Below, one piece after another: positions 36,001-49,066 of a DNA stretch of 64,000 bases (the first letter of the stretch is position 1; each line of letters begins with the position of its first letter). Location of the stretch: positions 285,597-349,596 of the forward strand of contig BDGG01000020.1 in the NCBI GenBank assembly GCA_001949185.1. Reading direction: 5' to 3'. The notes beneath the pieces were generated by a model that saw only the letters and a program-made list of their open reading frames with translations, searched no databases and was not told the DNA's origin. The stretch comes from Ramazzottius varieornatus (lineage: Eukaryota > Animalia > Tardigrada). Both the position numbers and the translations under genes were made by a program.

Positions 36001-37660
36001 CATTCTCAAACTGTCAAACAAGCTGACCTGCAGGTCATCTGGGAAGATGGTCTTTACATTCTGGTAACTTCCGGCAATTCGCGTTTTCTGGATTGAGCTT
36101 CCTACTTGGCAGCCGCAAACATCGTTGAGCAGATTCTTAGCAGCGTTCACTAATGGGCACGACAAAAGCTACTCTCTTTACGACAGGTTCGATAGTTTTG
36201 GTGAACTGAAAGCCACAGCGGTTCCAACACTGGAAGATTTCGACCACACGTTTCATTAAACGGCAATCAAACCCGTGCAATATCAGCTGTGTGTTCGCGT
36301 ATGGCAGGAAGAGGGTATGCGAACGTTTTCCGCTTATTTGCAATTTTGCAATCTTCGCGATTGCATTATATTGATTTTGGGCATCGATAATATGATGCAC
36401 TTCTCTGAATCGTAGATATTTTTTTATTTTCGAATGGCGTAAGTTTACCAGGCTTAGACTCAAAACAATTAGACCACAAGCTGGGTTACTTGATATAAAT
36501 TGACCATTAACAAAAATTAACATTGTTTATCGTACATTATCATACATATCATTCCTTCTCATCTCTATAAGTTCCCCTTAGCATTGGTCCCGTTTATCAT
36601 AAAGTGAAATTAGCTGTGAATTCCTACACATAATTTTCATTTCGAACAGTCCAGGAGTTCCACGCTATCTCGTGTTCTTACTTGCAGTTCCGTCTATTTA
36701 ATTTTAGTTATCGACAGGCACCGTCTGTATATCCCTCTGTTGTTTTGGTATTTTTCCCCATATCCGGGTGCTCTTCCGGTTCCCCCAAAACTTTCACTAG
36801 TGACGTTAAAAAACATCGCGGCTGAGGTCACGCGCGGAAGTCTGACAGCGTGGCCGGCACTGGCGGTGGATATCAGTCTCAGTCTGAGAGAAATTGAGAT
36901 GTGTAATATGTCAGTTTTAGTCTATGGGACTGACAAGGAAAGTGCGGGAGAGCTCTCTCCCGATTCTCTGGTTTTCGTTTTCCCACGCATATTGGATGCT
37001 CCCAAGTACCAGTATGAATCATTGTTATCGGTGGGTACCATATATCAACTCGAAAGAAAATCGAAACGCGTTTGCCAGACAATCTAAACATTTCTCGACC
37101 TTACGAAGTGGTGTTCTACTGATCATGACTCCTCTTTAATGTACCCCGGATCTTCCTGTCTTTGAAAAACCGGAAACTCAAGGGAAAGAGCGTTCCCGCA
37201 TTTCCTTTGTTAGTCCCGGAGACTGAAACAGATATCTCATGCATCTCAGTTTTAGTCCCCAGACGTGAGACGGATATCCACCGCAGGTCAGTTTCGGTCT
37301 CTACATAGGAGTTTCCTCCTCGCTCCACTTTAAGTCTCTTCTTGGACAATTAATGTCTGTGTTCAGTTTCAGTGTTAGGGATTGGACTGTTGACTGACAC
37401 TAGTCCCAAGACTAAGACTGAAGCTGATCGAACAACTGATATTGTATCAGTCCCGACCTGAAACTTAATACAGTCATGCAGCGCCCATCTCCATGCCGTA
37501 CACTGGGGAGACCGTCGAAGAGGACTCACTATCCGACGACGATACGTGTCCATTACATCGAAAGAGTTTCAGATGGGGTGTCACCTGTAAGTGGTGCAGC
37601 AGGAATTTCCCAAGCCATGCACTATCTTTCCTTTTTCCTTTGGGTGATGCTATAGGCACC

Positions 37661-38878
37661 CCCGCTTGGCTATAGGCACCCCTACCACACCCCGTTTAGG
37701 TATAGGCACCCTGGTTAAGTCATTAATTCAAACACGACCTTTGATGCGGTACCACAATGGACATGTCCATAAATAAGAAACAAAACCGGGGTGCACCCCG
37801 GGTTTTTGGAATCAGACTTTCCTTCGAAATTTTAGATACTCTGCTATTCTGCCTATTCTAAACTTGAAGTACGGTAGATCACGTCCAACAATGGACCTGT
37901 TTCACAAGTCATGTTTTAGGCTTGCGCAGCATAAGTATAAGTTTTATGCTGCGCAGTTATCCACGGCTTATGTTTTGCTTAATATCGCTGCACAGAATTT
38001 GAAATTCTGTGCAAGCTGAGTTGATTGTACTATTGACCACTTTGGTCGAAATTTTAAATTTTGTTGGAGTAGAGCGTGATCAGACCAATCAGCGAATTGG
38101 ACTTGGCGCGTCAAGTGATCCGAGCTACACGCCTCTCCCACATTGCGCCACTTGACTTCCGCTCTTGTTCCTTCTCGAAATCCATCATGTTTTCGACCGA
38201 AACTAGCATTAAAGTTAGGAAGAGATAATTGTCTTCCCGGAACTATCGCCAGAAAAAGCGAAAGAAGTCCGGGCTTTATCCAGTAGAGGGCTAAATGGCA
38301 GGCCCCGCGACTTCAGATGCCCTGCTGAACTCGCGCGGCCTAATATCCCTTTATGCTAATATTCTGTGCCGGAAGTGAGCAAACCGCGAAACGGTTTCTG
38401 CACAGAAACTGATACAGTATAAAATCATGAGATTTTAGTCTAGTCAGAGCCGAAACGTGACTTGCGAAACAGGTCTAATGTCACGGGATGATGTTCATCA
38501 GCCAAAAGAAGCCATGCTTCAAAACACCGGCGAACTTCCGGGTGTAAGCCTCGCATCGCTTTTCACTGCAGCTCTTTTCCGGTCTTCGTGGCCGAAGACC
38601 GATAACGAGTGGACGATAGAGAAACCTCAACTGATCATTACGGTATATGAAGCTGTCGCAATACGTGTTAGACTCAATAGCATGCAGGCCAACAGACCCT
38701 TTGTGGGATGGAGCGCTTGATGTTGTCATAAAGACATCGATTCTTCCTCTCAAAAACTTGGGGTGTCGATGGCTATTTGCCGGAGTAGGAGTTTCCCAGT
38801 TAAGCAATTGAACAGGAGTACCGTTAGCAAAACAGGAATAAATGGGGGTGCGATAGGGGTGTCTATAGCCAACCCGTG
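37661..38878. mobile_element. Old non-autonomous TIR element (~1.2 kb)
   Basis: TTGGCTATAGGCACCCCTACCACACCCC versus reverse complement of the right end TTGGCTATAGACACCCCTATCGCACCCC. CTATAGGCACCC is reiterated at the left. No TSD seen. Confidence 0.55.
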
Positions 38879-39220
38879 AAGCTCCACTCGTGAAGCCTAC
38901 ACGTTTTCCATCTTAAGGTGAAGCTGGAGAGCATATGCAGTTACTGCGTCACCAAAACGGAAGTTGGTTGGAGCGGGTTGGCTGTGAGCAATGAAATATG
39001 CGTGCGGACTTAACTAACGCTGTTGTTAGTCGCAAGATACTGTATTCTTTCCGGAAATGGATGTACGTCACTCAATTCAAAATGTGAAACTGCAGATATG
39101 GTCGGTAGGCGGTAGCTCACACGATTGAAACAGCTATGACGCCACACGATTCAATCAATCCAATCAATCCGGAGAGTTCACAATTTGCTTGGTTCAGTTC
39201 TGAAATCAGCTGTTCAGTGA

Positions 39221-39995
39221 ATGACTCGCACAGACGTCAAGAATACGTCAAGATCTGACGCTATGCTGGCTTTGTGTAACAGCTACGCTAACACTCTACT
39301 GAACCAGATATCAGTGACGTACATCCATTTCCGGAGAGAATACAGTACTGTCGAAGAGCAGTACGCGAGGCTAGCGGCGGCAGAGCGCGGTAACCGACAG
39401 GGCAACAGAGGAAACCGCTCTAACGGAGTTGTTGCGCACGCTGTGAACAACCCGGGTAATGAAGCTATTAATCCTAATTTTGCCTACCAAGAAGCTAATA
39501 TTATTGTTCCACATGGGCAGCTGCAGCAACAGTTACTTAGCTCACGACGCACCCGTTGCCGCTCATTTGCAACAGCAGGAACCCCCACCCGTCCTCCCGC
39601 ACGACGACGTACCAAATTTGATCCAGCACGAACAGCCAGATTTACCATTAGCAGCAATTCAGCCCGTCGGGCAGTGAGGAAAGTGATCAGGAAGAAAGCG
39701 ACGAAGAACTACACCACGAAATGGCGCAAAATAATCGTATACTATCACTTGAAGATCTTCCAACTTTTGCAGTTCATCCGTTCGCGAATGCCAATCAGTT
39801 TGCCCAACAATCAGAGAACTACTCTCAAATTTATGGGTGGACCGTAGACTTCAAACTCAAACATTCCAAGCTCGCACTTACTCACAACGCCGCTAGTTGG
39901 CTCTGTAACTATGAAAAGAACAAACAAGAGGAAAGAGTGCGAAATCCTCGAGGAGGAAGCAATATTAAAACATGTCAGGACATCCTCTCGCTATC
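39221..39995 (+). pseudogene. Probable LTR-retrotransposon (Ty3/gypsy-like) gag remnant
   Basis: Frameshifted ORFs ending in LPTF..ANQFAQQSENYSQIYGWTVDFKLKHSKLALTHNAASWL, resembling a capsid N-terminal pattern. No pol or LTRs seen. Confidence 0.5.
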
Positions 39996-42960
39996 GTCAC
40001 CTCTGCCGCTTCAAGAAAGTGTTCTAACAAACTGGCAAGAAAAAACTTCGGCACTCTTGCAATCTTCCAGATGTTATCTCTGGTGTTACTCGTTTTTTAT
40101 TTAAGTGTCGCTTATGTTTTTACTCGAAACGTCGCACCCAGGTGGAGGAGCTCCCAAAACCAAGAGTAAAGAAGGTCACAAAGCCTAGAAAACGTAAAGA
40201 CAGAATCCACCGCTTTGCGCCTTCCAGCTGACCAATGCTTCCTTGTGTTTTCTTCCCTGTTACTGTGATCATGTTTTACAATTTATTTGTAGTAAAGTGT
40301 GACTTCACAAGTTCTGGTGGGCGTGTCGGTGTGTTTCCGCCTTCACCAATCAGGTTTAAAATGGTGTTTCCACTGATCCGATATTACCGCGTTATACAGC
40401 TGTACGAACAGTACTCTACTGACCTTGGCACCGTGCACTGGTACTGCAACGGCATCATACAACGCTGGCCAGAGGCAGCCTACGTACACGCAATCGAACT
40501 GCAAAAACTTGAAGCTACGCAAAGTCGGCCTATATTCCAATGGGACAGGACTGGGTCCGGATGCGTTTAACAAGCTCCCCTGATAGCAGGGTGAGCGCAA
40601 TCCGACCATGGCCACAGTTGCGACCCGACCATGTCCGCGATAGCTACCTGATACGTTCCTGACAGCAGGCGAAATACTCGGTAAATGTGTGTATCTTATA
40701 GCCAACTGATGTACAGCATTGCTGTCGTTTTTGTCGTTCGGTTGCTTCTGTTCTGGCCGTATTGTACGAGTGTTGTACGATAGCATACGTGTACGTGCAG
40801 CGCACAGCCGCACTTAGCCAACACGGCCAACAATGGAAGCATTGAGCTCCACTGAACTACCGGGAAGAGCTTGCCAAACATACGTATGATTCAGCACTTT
40901 ACTGCAGCAGGACGAGCTCTTCCGAGTTCGAGTTATATCTTTACGGTCAGTTATCGATTGGAGCGATCAAACGATCTGATAAGAACACTTTTACGTCAGC
41001 CAGCACCGAGATCAAGCGTGCTGCAACGTCATGTTTTGCGTTACGTTGTAGAGAACATGATTCACACATATCTTTTCTGAGCTCCTGCTGCATCTAATCA
41101 CGTGCTTATTGTTTCCAGGGGTAGATCAATCTCTCTCCTCAAGGCCCCAACAGGTCTGGGAACAATGAAATGTTGTAGGTTAGAAAAATCTGTCGCGGGG
41201 GAGGGACGGGTCTGCCCAATGTAAAAAAGCCTGAAGTTGTATCAACAAGTGTACGATGAGCAATAAATCAAGCGTTGACGATAAAGCTTACACTTTTTGC
41301 ATTGCCCAAATTATGGTGCGAAATCCGCTATGCCCGAATTATTTCATGTACCTCGTACGCATAACAACCAAAACTGAGAATTTCGGCCTGTCTTTTTACA
41401 AGCACCTGGACCCTCTGCTGTCCACTGGATCGGTATTCGCACCTCGAGAGCAAATAATTTTCGGCAGCCCAGTTCCCGGAACACCTATTTATCTCCAATG
41501 GTTCTTTTTTTGCCATGAAGTCTGAGAGAACATCAAGGGGCAAGGAATGGTAAGTTTGCCGCACCTCTCCGTGGTTCAGAGCCTCAAACCCTTGTTCGCC
41601 CTTTTGGGAAGATTTTTGGGAATTCTTGAGAGTGAGTGATTTTGCCCAGATTGACCTCTTACAATGGCATCGCATGGTACTGGGTGGTAATTAGGAAAAG
41701 TAGAACCTGAAGAGGATCGTAATGGAGGTTCGCGGTAGAATTTCCCACGGAAATAATCGTTTAGTTCGTTTTCACCGTTATTGCACCGAAGCACCCTTAT
41801 CTTTCGTAGTAAGATAACTCGAAACAACCTCTCGCAAAAGGCTAACACATCGCCTGCACCACTGGTCAGAAATCAGATTTGACTTCAGATACATATTCCC
41901 TAATGACTAGTGCATGTTACCCGATCAGCAGTCACAGAGAGCCCCTGTGGTGCCAAAACTTGAAAACCGTTTCCCGAATGTATGTGTTATTAACTTGGAC
42001 AATGTTCCAAAAATTGGGCTGCCGAAACCTAAATTTAATGCTTATACCGAGGCTATATCATGTAGACATAGCCTGTTCTGCATTTGACCACAGCCGGCTT
42101 TTCAACGTTGGGATCACTCGGCCAGTTGATCAAAGGCCACTTACCGGTTAGACTGACCGCAGCTTTAACCTGGCACATGGCTTGAATCCGAAGTTGGATT
42201 CGGAGGAGTGTAGTACGTAAATAGACGGCGGTATTATAAGCCGAACAATCTTCATCATATCCGGCAGTCCAATACGGAGACGAGCAAAGCTGCAAAGTGC
42301 AGTTTAGAAAATGACTGGCCTTCAGAGTAACGACTGACACCCGCATGCAAAGTGGACGGTGTCTCACCGTCATAAGTTCGCTGGAAGGCGTACTGCTCGG
42401 TAAGAGGTCATCGAAGGTAGGACCAAGAGGTCGAGGTCTGAGCGTGCTTCACGTTCAGTCACACTGTACGAGAGCCCCTTTGTTAGCTCAGTCCCAAGAT
42501 CCGCAATAAATGCGTAGCTGTTCTGTTTGAATGTACTGTACGAAGTACTCCACCGTGCACAGAGGACCAGAGGTATCGCCAGTGTCATTTTCGGTTGTTG
42601 CTGCCGTAATGCTACAATGCCACACTGCTTGGTTTGCCGACATGACGTGATACCACACTTTTACGCCAGCTTTTGACGTAATGTAAAATTACAATCTATT
42701 CAACTGGAACAATCAACGACTTGACCAATCAATGTAACCAGCTTTCTTCGATAATTTGGATTTTGGACTTGCAGTGTTGTTTCGAGCTCCGCGATGAGCA
42801 TGGGCCTTCTTTTCTTTTCCGTTGTCTCTTCCGTCGGTTGGATCGAGTTTTAGGTGCTTGTACGAGCTCTGGACGTGGATCTTGTCTAGGATGGAATGGA
42901 TAAGATTATGAGAAGGTGAATCGGGTTTTCTATTCGCAGGATCCGTTTGTCCTTGCAGGG

Positions 42961-45900
42961 ATGCTGCGTGTTCCAACCTTCTTCCAACCACTCTGCTCCT
43001 CCGCCGGGTCCATTTCCGCCACTCTGCGTCAGCCGTCTGTTTTCACTGCACCTCTTCGATGTTTTTCTCGTTTTGTCTCAGTATTCCGTACAAAGATACT
43101 AATACAACCGCCTTCATCGTCGCCGTGTCTTTCCGGTCTGCTCGGCGTCGCTGGACTGGGCTTCTCCTCACTCCTCTTCCTACAAACCCGAACAGCGTTC
43201 TGCCAGGAATTCGACGAGAAGAAGAAGAACCGCGTCCAGGCGTTCCGTGATGCTCAAAAGGCCATACAAATCGGAGTGGAGAATGCACAGTTTGACTGGA
43301 GGTTATTCTGGGCATTCCTCCGACCGGACATTTGGCTCATCATTGGCGCTATCGCGGTATTACCCCTTCCCGGTTCCTCTTCGAATTGCCAGAAGCGAAA
43401 GGTGGTCATGAGTAATAATTTCGTGTTTTATTTCAGTGTTCTGTTTGCTTGGCCATCATCAACACGGAAATTCCTTCGCTTCTCGGTCGACTGGTGAATG
43501 TGATCGCTCAAGAAGCCCCCAAACGTCCGAAAGAATTCGCTAAGCTGGTCCGCAATCCGGTATCCAAGCTGTTCGGGATCTACGTTCTTCATGTAATACA
43601 GTGCGTGGCATGTTCTCTGAATTTCTAAGGGAATGTGTTTTTGAAATTGCCTATCCGAATAACACTATGTTAGGCCGGATTCACGTTCGTTAACATCTCC
43701 CTACTATTCACACTGGGTGAACGTCTGGCTGCAAGGATTCGACTAGCACTCTTCTCTAATCTTTTACGGCAAGACATTGCCTTCTTTGATTCGCACAAAA
43801 CGGGAGAGCTGATCAATCGGCTGACCGTCGATGTTCAAGAACTCAAGAGTAACTTCAAGCATGTTTTCGTCAACGGCTTCCGGACCGTCCTTCAGGTGAA
43901 TATTCCTTCTCGCTGCACCTGCAGGCCCGCATGAAACTGACTCGTGTCATGGTTCGTATCTTAGATTATCGGCGGCGCAGTGTCGCTCTTCTGGATCTCT
44001 CCGCAGATGGCAGCGTTGCTTCTCATTGGACTTCCGGCCATGGCTGGACTAGGAAACAAGCTCGGGGAAAGTCTTCGGACGGTGTCCAAGGAAGCCCAAG
44101 CACAGGTAAGGTAACCAAGAAAACCTCTAGTGGTGCATTCTTGGTGGAAAAAGACAGTTGGACTTGGAAACGGTCGGCAAGACGTAGTATTCATATTTCT
44201 TGTACCTGCATACTTTCGGTCTGTGTTGAATGTGTGGTTCGTTGTCTGCAGGTCCGTTACCACGATCCTGGTTTGCTCTCTAACCGTCCAATACTACCCG
44301 GTTTTTGCATAGTTCGGCTTTTGGAAAGTTATTTTTTTCTGTCGTAGGCTGCCCATGCGACAGACGTGGCAGAAGAGGCACTGAGTAATGTGCGAACTGT
44401 TCGGGGTTTTGCCGCGGAAGATACGGAAATCCATCTCTACAACGACGAAGTCCAAAAATTCGTCCGGTTGAACAGCAATCTCGGTATCGGTATTGGAATA
44501 TTTCAGGCCCTGTCCAACCTAGCGGTGAACGGCGCGGTAATCGGCGTTATCTACGTTGGAGGCAGCTTCCTAGCGGAAGGGAAGTTACTGCCAGGAGACC
44601 TCATGTCTTTCATGGTCACGTCACAAGCCATACAACGGTGCGATTTAACGGACTCTGTCAAATTTAAATTGAAAACATCAGTAAAGTGATCTTGCAAGTG
44701 TCAAAGTTTGAGACAGACTTACAAATAACATAAAAGTAAAGGGCTCGGAAGAAATATTAATACAGTAGGATATTCTGTCTGATTAGTTCTTGGAATTGTT
44801 TTTTGCAGGTCGATCGCGAATCTGTCCATGTTGTATGGTCAAGTCGTCAACGGAATGTCTTCGGGTGCTCGTGTCTTCGAGTTCATCAAGCTGAAGCCCA
44901 CAGTTTCACTAATTGGTGGACTGAAGATCCCATATCACTCCCTGAAAGGCTCCATCGAGCTCCAGCACGTTGGCTTTTCCTACCCAACACGGAAAGACAC
45001 CACTATCCTTAACGATCTCAATCTGCAGATACCTGATGGCCACGTTGTCGCACTGTGTGGACCTAGCGGCTCAGGTACTGTAATTTTTGCCCGGTCAAAA
45101 AGGACTTGCGCTAGTGAACTGAGCTACGTTGTTATCTCAAGTGGCGCACGTAGCCATGGTTATTGGCTGTATGCGTGCGCCACTTGGTAAAACGATCCTG
45201 TTAAGCTTTGCTTGTTTTCCCAAGTTGCGTGGGCTGTCAGTGTTACTTCCTGGAAGTGGGTACTGCTTAGAAAAACGATCTGGTTCAGGTCGTTGTCCAT
45301 GTCTTAGATCAGTCTGCAAGTTCGAATACTGTGTTCTCGAGTTGTTTTCCCCTGGTTCAGGTAAGTCGACGATCGCCGCACTTCTCGAACGGTTCTACGA
45401 CCCTATTCAAGGCAGAATAACGTTGGATGGTGTGGATATCCGTCAGCTGGATCCTTCGTGGCTTCGAGGTCGAGTGATTGGTTACATCAGCCAAGAGCCA
45501 ACGCTATTCGCCACGAGCATCATCGAAAATATCCGATATGGGCGGCCGGATGCTACCGACGCCGAGGTGACTAAGACCCATTCGACTCCTTGAACGAAGA
45601 GGGTGGAATGTTGCTGAAATCGGTCGCTCTGATTGTAGGTTCACGAGGCGGCAAAGGCAGCCAACGCTCACGACTTTATCACTGAGTTTCCGAAGGGGTA
45701 TCAGACGGTCCTTGGTGAACGCGGGGTGACCGTTTCCGGTGGACAGAAGCAGCGTATTGCAATAGCGCGAGCACTGCTGAAGAACCCGTCGATATTGATC
45801 TTGGATGAAGCAACGAGGTAAAGATGACCTTCGGTCGAATTTTCAGGTTGACTTTCGGTCGACTTTTCTTACAATTTTTTATATTCTATAGCGCACTGGA

Positions 45901-46185
45901 CTCGGAATCTGAGAAGTTCGTCCAAGATGCCCTCGACTTGGCAGCTAAAGGTAGATTAATGGACAGCCTAAGAGATGAGGTTTGCGTTTTGGAGGTTTGA
46001 TTGCGATGTTTACTTCAGGGAGGACAGTTTTGGTTATCGCGCATCGACTCAGCACCATCCAGAACGCCACTGCCATCGCGCTGATTGTCAATGGCAAAAT
46101 CCACGAGTATGGAAGCCATCAGAAATTGATGGAGAAACGAGGCCTGTACTGGCAGTTCGTCCAGCACCAATCAGTAAATCGGTAA
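42961..46185 (+). CDS. ABCB8: Mitochondrial ABC-B half transporter. Exons approx.: 42961-43356, 43437-43592, 43674-43895, 43965-44105, 44348-44637, 44809-45075, 45361-45566, 45639-45816, 45892-45949, 46019-46185
   Basis: Presequence-like N-terminus, [37 protein letters not shown], Walker A GPSGSGKST, signature [32 protein letters not shown]. Confidence 0.93.
45127..45280 (+). repeat. Two tandem GATC-footed hairpin elements in ABCB8 intron 6
   Basis: 45127-45197 CAAGTGGCGCACG...CGTGCGCCACTTGGTAAAACGATC, and degenerate 45214-45280 TTCCCAAGTTGCG...GAAAAACGATC. Confidence 0.75.
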
Positions 46186-46559
46186 AGTCCCGCTGGATGA
46201 ATCGCCCTCGGAGTTCCTCGTGTGATATCCACTGGTACAGTACGACGATAGTTCCTGTTTCAGCTCCATCTAGTTCTCATTTTACTCTTTTACCTTTTCT
46301 TCGTTTCATAGTGGAGATACGGAAATGTTAGCTATACTTTTTTCCGAGTGCTTCGTGGAACAGGAGACTACTGTGCCTGTGGTGCTCTTCTCAAATGTAA
46401 AACGTGTCAGGCGCAATAATGAAACCGCACTACAGCGCTTCGATGATAGACCGACAGGCTTCGATACGTGGCACAAATGTCCACAGTGCAACGCTGGAAA
46501 CTAGAAGAAAGAACAGAACAAGAATAGACAGGAATAATTATTTCTGTGGTATTTAATAT

Positions 46560-47990
46560 TCAATCGCTGCTGGACGCGCTTCGTCCTCGTCGTTGTCGTC
46601 GCCTGTCCCTGACCGGACTCTTTCGTCGTGGACTGCGGGTACGAGATCGGCTTCTTTTTCCTCCTCCTCCGCGAGGCGGACTTCGTGATCGACGGCGTGG
46701 AGGTGAGCGTCGTCGGTAACCGCCACCTCCACGGTAAGGTGGTGGAGAGCCACGACGACCATTGCCAGCCAGCGTTTCGTCCATCTGCGTCACGGTGATG
46801 TTCTTGCCATCCACAACTCCATTATTCATGCCTTCGATGGCCTCCTTGACGGCTTCAGCTGACTCGAACTCCACGTAAGCAAAGGTGCGGTGTAGGATGG
46901 GATTCAATCGATCCGGAGGGATATCGATGGAAACCACCTGTGAACAGCAGAGAGTTTTCACGTTGTGCCTGCATACGCCGTAAAATCCAATGCATGACAT
47001 CACGAAACAAAGTTTTTTATCTGGAGAAAGTGACGACAGGGGTCTCTTTCAACTTCCTGGTGCGTTGCTCATAATCTGACACATTACTGATCGTCATAAT
47101 CGATCGGTCCCATTCTCGGACTGGAAAATCCAAAAAAGTTCTCCTTTCTTTCCTCACAAATTCAGAAAAAATATGCCACCACACGGAAACTAGGGCGAGG
47201 TGAAGAGGAATCAAAGAGGACTGTCCAGACGAAGAGAACAAACCTTGCCGTAAGCTGCGAAGATATCCTTCAGCGCTTCCTTCGACACATTCTGGGAAAG
47301 CCGTGCCACGTAAATCTTTCGTCTGGCTGGTGGCAATTCTTTTGACACTATCTTCTCCCGCTTCGGTGAGGTAGGTCTCGAGCGAGAGCGCGAGCTGGAC
47401 GAGCTGCTAGACGAGCTTCGAGCCCGTCTCTTCCGATCGCGTGAACGACTGCGTGACGCAGAGCTGGACGAAGAGGAGCTGGATGAGCCTGAGGATGACG
47501 ATGATCCGGAGGAGGAACGAGAGCGTGAATGATTCTTCGACTTGCGACGACGTGCTGGAGAGGGCGAGGAACTAGAAAGCGGAGCAAAGCTGTCACACAA
47601 TTTGCCAGAAATATAGATCGCACGGAAACGAAACAGGAAAATTGGTAGGCTGAGTGCGTCAAAACTTCAAGCAAAAAGTAGAAATCAAGGCAATGTCCAG
47701 TTGGATAAACCGCAGAGACCGATGGCTTCTGCTCCGCAGTGCTATACCGATCCCTTTGCGGCCTGCGAAACATGATTTTCGAACTACCTTCGTTTTCTGG
47801 TAGGACGTCTTCGTCTTCGTCGATCATCTCCGCTGCTGGATGAGCTAGACGACAGACTTTTCCGTTGAGCCGGTTTTTCCGGAGCTACGACAGCTGGTGC
47901 TGCGGCCGTAGTTAGTGTACCAGCTACTGGAGCTGCTGGTTCAGTGGCATCGGCGTCCGTAGCAGCTGCTGGCTGAACGTCGTCCACCAT
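46560..47990 (-). CDS. RNPS1: RNA-binding protein with serine-rich domain 1. Exons 47990-47788, 47589-47244, 46937-46560
   Basis: Ser-rich domain, RRM (KIYVARLSQNVSKEALKDIFAAYGK|VVSIDIPPDR..FAYVEFES..MNNGVVDGKNITV), RS/P-rich tail, phase-compatible GT-AG introns. Confidence 0.92.
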
Positions 47991-48568
47991 GACGAACAAT
48001 CCTTGGCAATCACAACAGAAATGATCCTTCCCGTTGATGACAAGAGCCCCGATCAGGCCCGGGCTGAATTTCAAATCTCTGGCCTGTTACGTTCAATGAA
48101 GGGAAACAGAAAACCAGACGAGAGCTGGTGGAGCAAAATCGGAATTCGGAAAGAAAGAATTAAGAAAATAAGAAAGAAGCAAAAGCTAAAGAGGCCATGC
48201 AGTCTGATGGCTTGTCCATTCGATTCGTACTCAATCAACCGAGAAAGCGTTTTGATTTGCAGGATTGGTTTCCTCACCAACAGACTACTCTCAAAGACTG
48301 GTAGTTTGATGACTTTGATCTGCTTGATTGGTGAGTGGTCAGTATTAAACTGTGCGTTATAGACAAAGGTTGATTGCATGATCAGTAAAAAAACTTTATC
48401 AACAGTTTTCATTTATACACGGTAAGTTTTCATTTTATATCAATTTTGTTTTTCAGTTGCCACTTTTTTCCAGTATCGTTCATTCGTTCGTTCTCCACAG
48501 CTTGGGTCTTGTTTTGCAGGTTAAGGAGCACCGCGGACGCTGAGTGGACCACGTGCAGCTTAGCGAAG

Positions 48569-49066
48569 ATGGCGCCTGGAAAAGTTCACCATCCGGAGAT
48601 CGTCAAGGCAGTGTATCGGATGCGCGCTCAGAAGAAAACTCACGAAGAAATCGCCAAGACATTCGGACACAACCGCGCGTGGGCTTTCAGCATCTTCAAG
48701 AAGTACGACGAGGAAACCGGACTACCCAAGAAACCTCGAGAGTTCCCTCGTAAGACGGACAAGTCGCAGGACGATGCCATCTTGGACTGGGTGAAAGAGC
48801 ACGGACAGCGCAACTTCAGGAAGATGGCCTCTGATCTCAAGGAAGCTGGCTTGGCTGACATCTCCGAACACACCATCCGCCGACGGCTGAAGGAGCTCAT
48901 ACCTAAACCAAAGATTGTCAGGAAGAAGAAGGAGACGGTCACAGTCAAGTCCAAGGCAGCTCGAGGTAAATTTGTCGTCCTGCGCGCAAATGACATCGCC
49001 AAGTTGCCTGACCCTTCCACTGCTTCCACAGAATCCTCTCCTGCTCCTGCTGAGAAGGAGTCCTAG
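48569..49066 (+). CDS. 165-aa protein made of a Tc1/Tc3-type bipartite HTH DNA-binding domain without a DDE domain
   Basis: HEEIAKTFGHNRAWAFSIFKKYDEETG..PRKTD..ILDWVKEH..RKMASDL..ISEHTIRRRLKE, then a basic tail. Intact ORF, candidate 5'UTR intron 48422-48519 (GTAAGT...TTTTGCAG), no TIRs seen. Confidence 0.8.
   Translation: MAPGKVHHPEIVKAVYRMRAQKKTHEEIAKTFGHNRAWAFSIFKKYDEETGLPKKPREFPRKTDKSQDDAILDWVKEHGQRNFRKMASDLKEAGLADISEHTIRRRLKELIPKPKIVRKKKETVTVKSKAARGKFVVLRANDIAKLPDPSTASTESSPAPAEKES

Noticed and set aside
33200-42700. Many short ORFs and coding-looking fragments (34500-36500, 40300-42600) and AGACTGA-rich repeats at 36870-37460
   Set aside because: Apart from the gag-like piece and one TIR pair, no recognisable motif or definable ends; probably decayed genes and transposons.
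43616-43633. 18-nt identity TCTGAATTTCTAAGGGAA with 8738-8755 of the first snoRNA
   Set aside because: No C box, guide or terminal stem in this short ABCB8 intron; chance or a tiny relic cannot be excluded.
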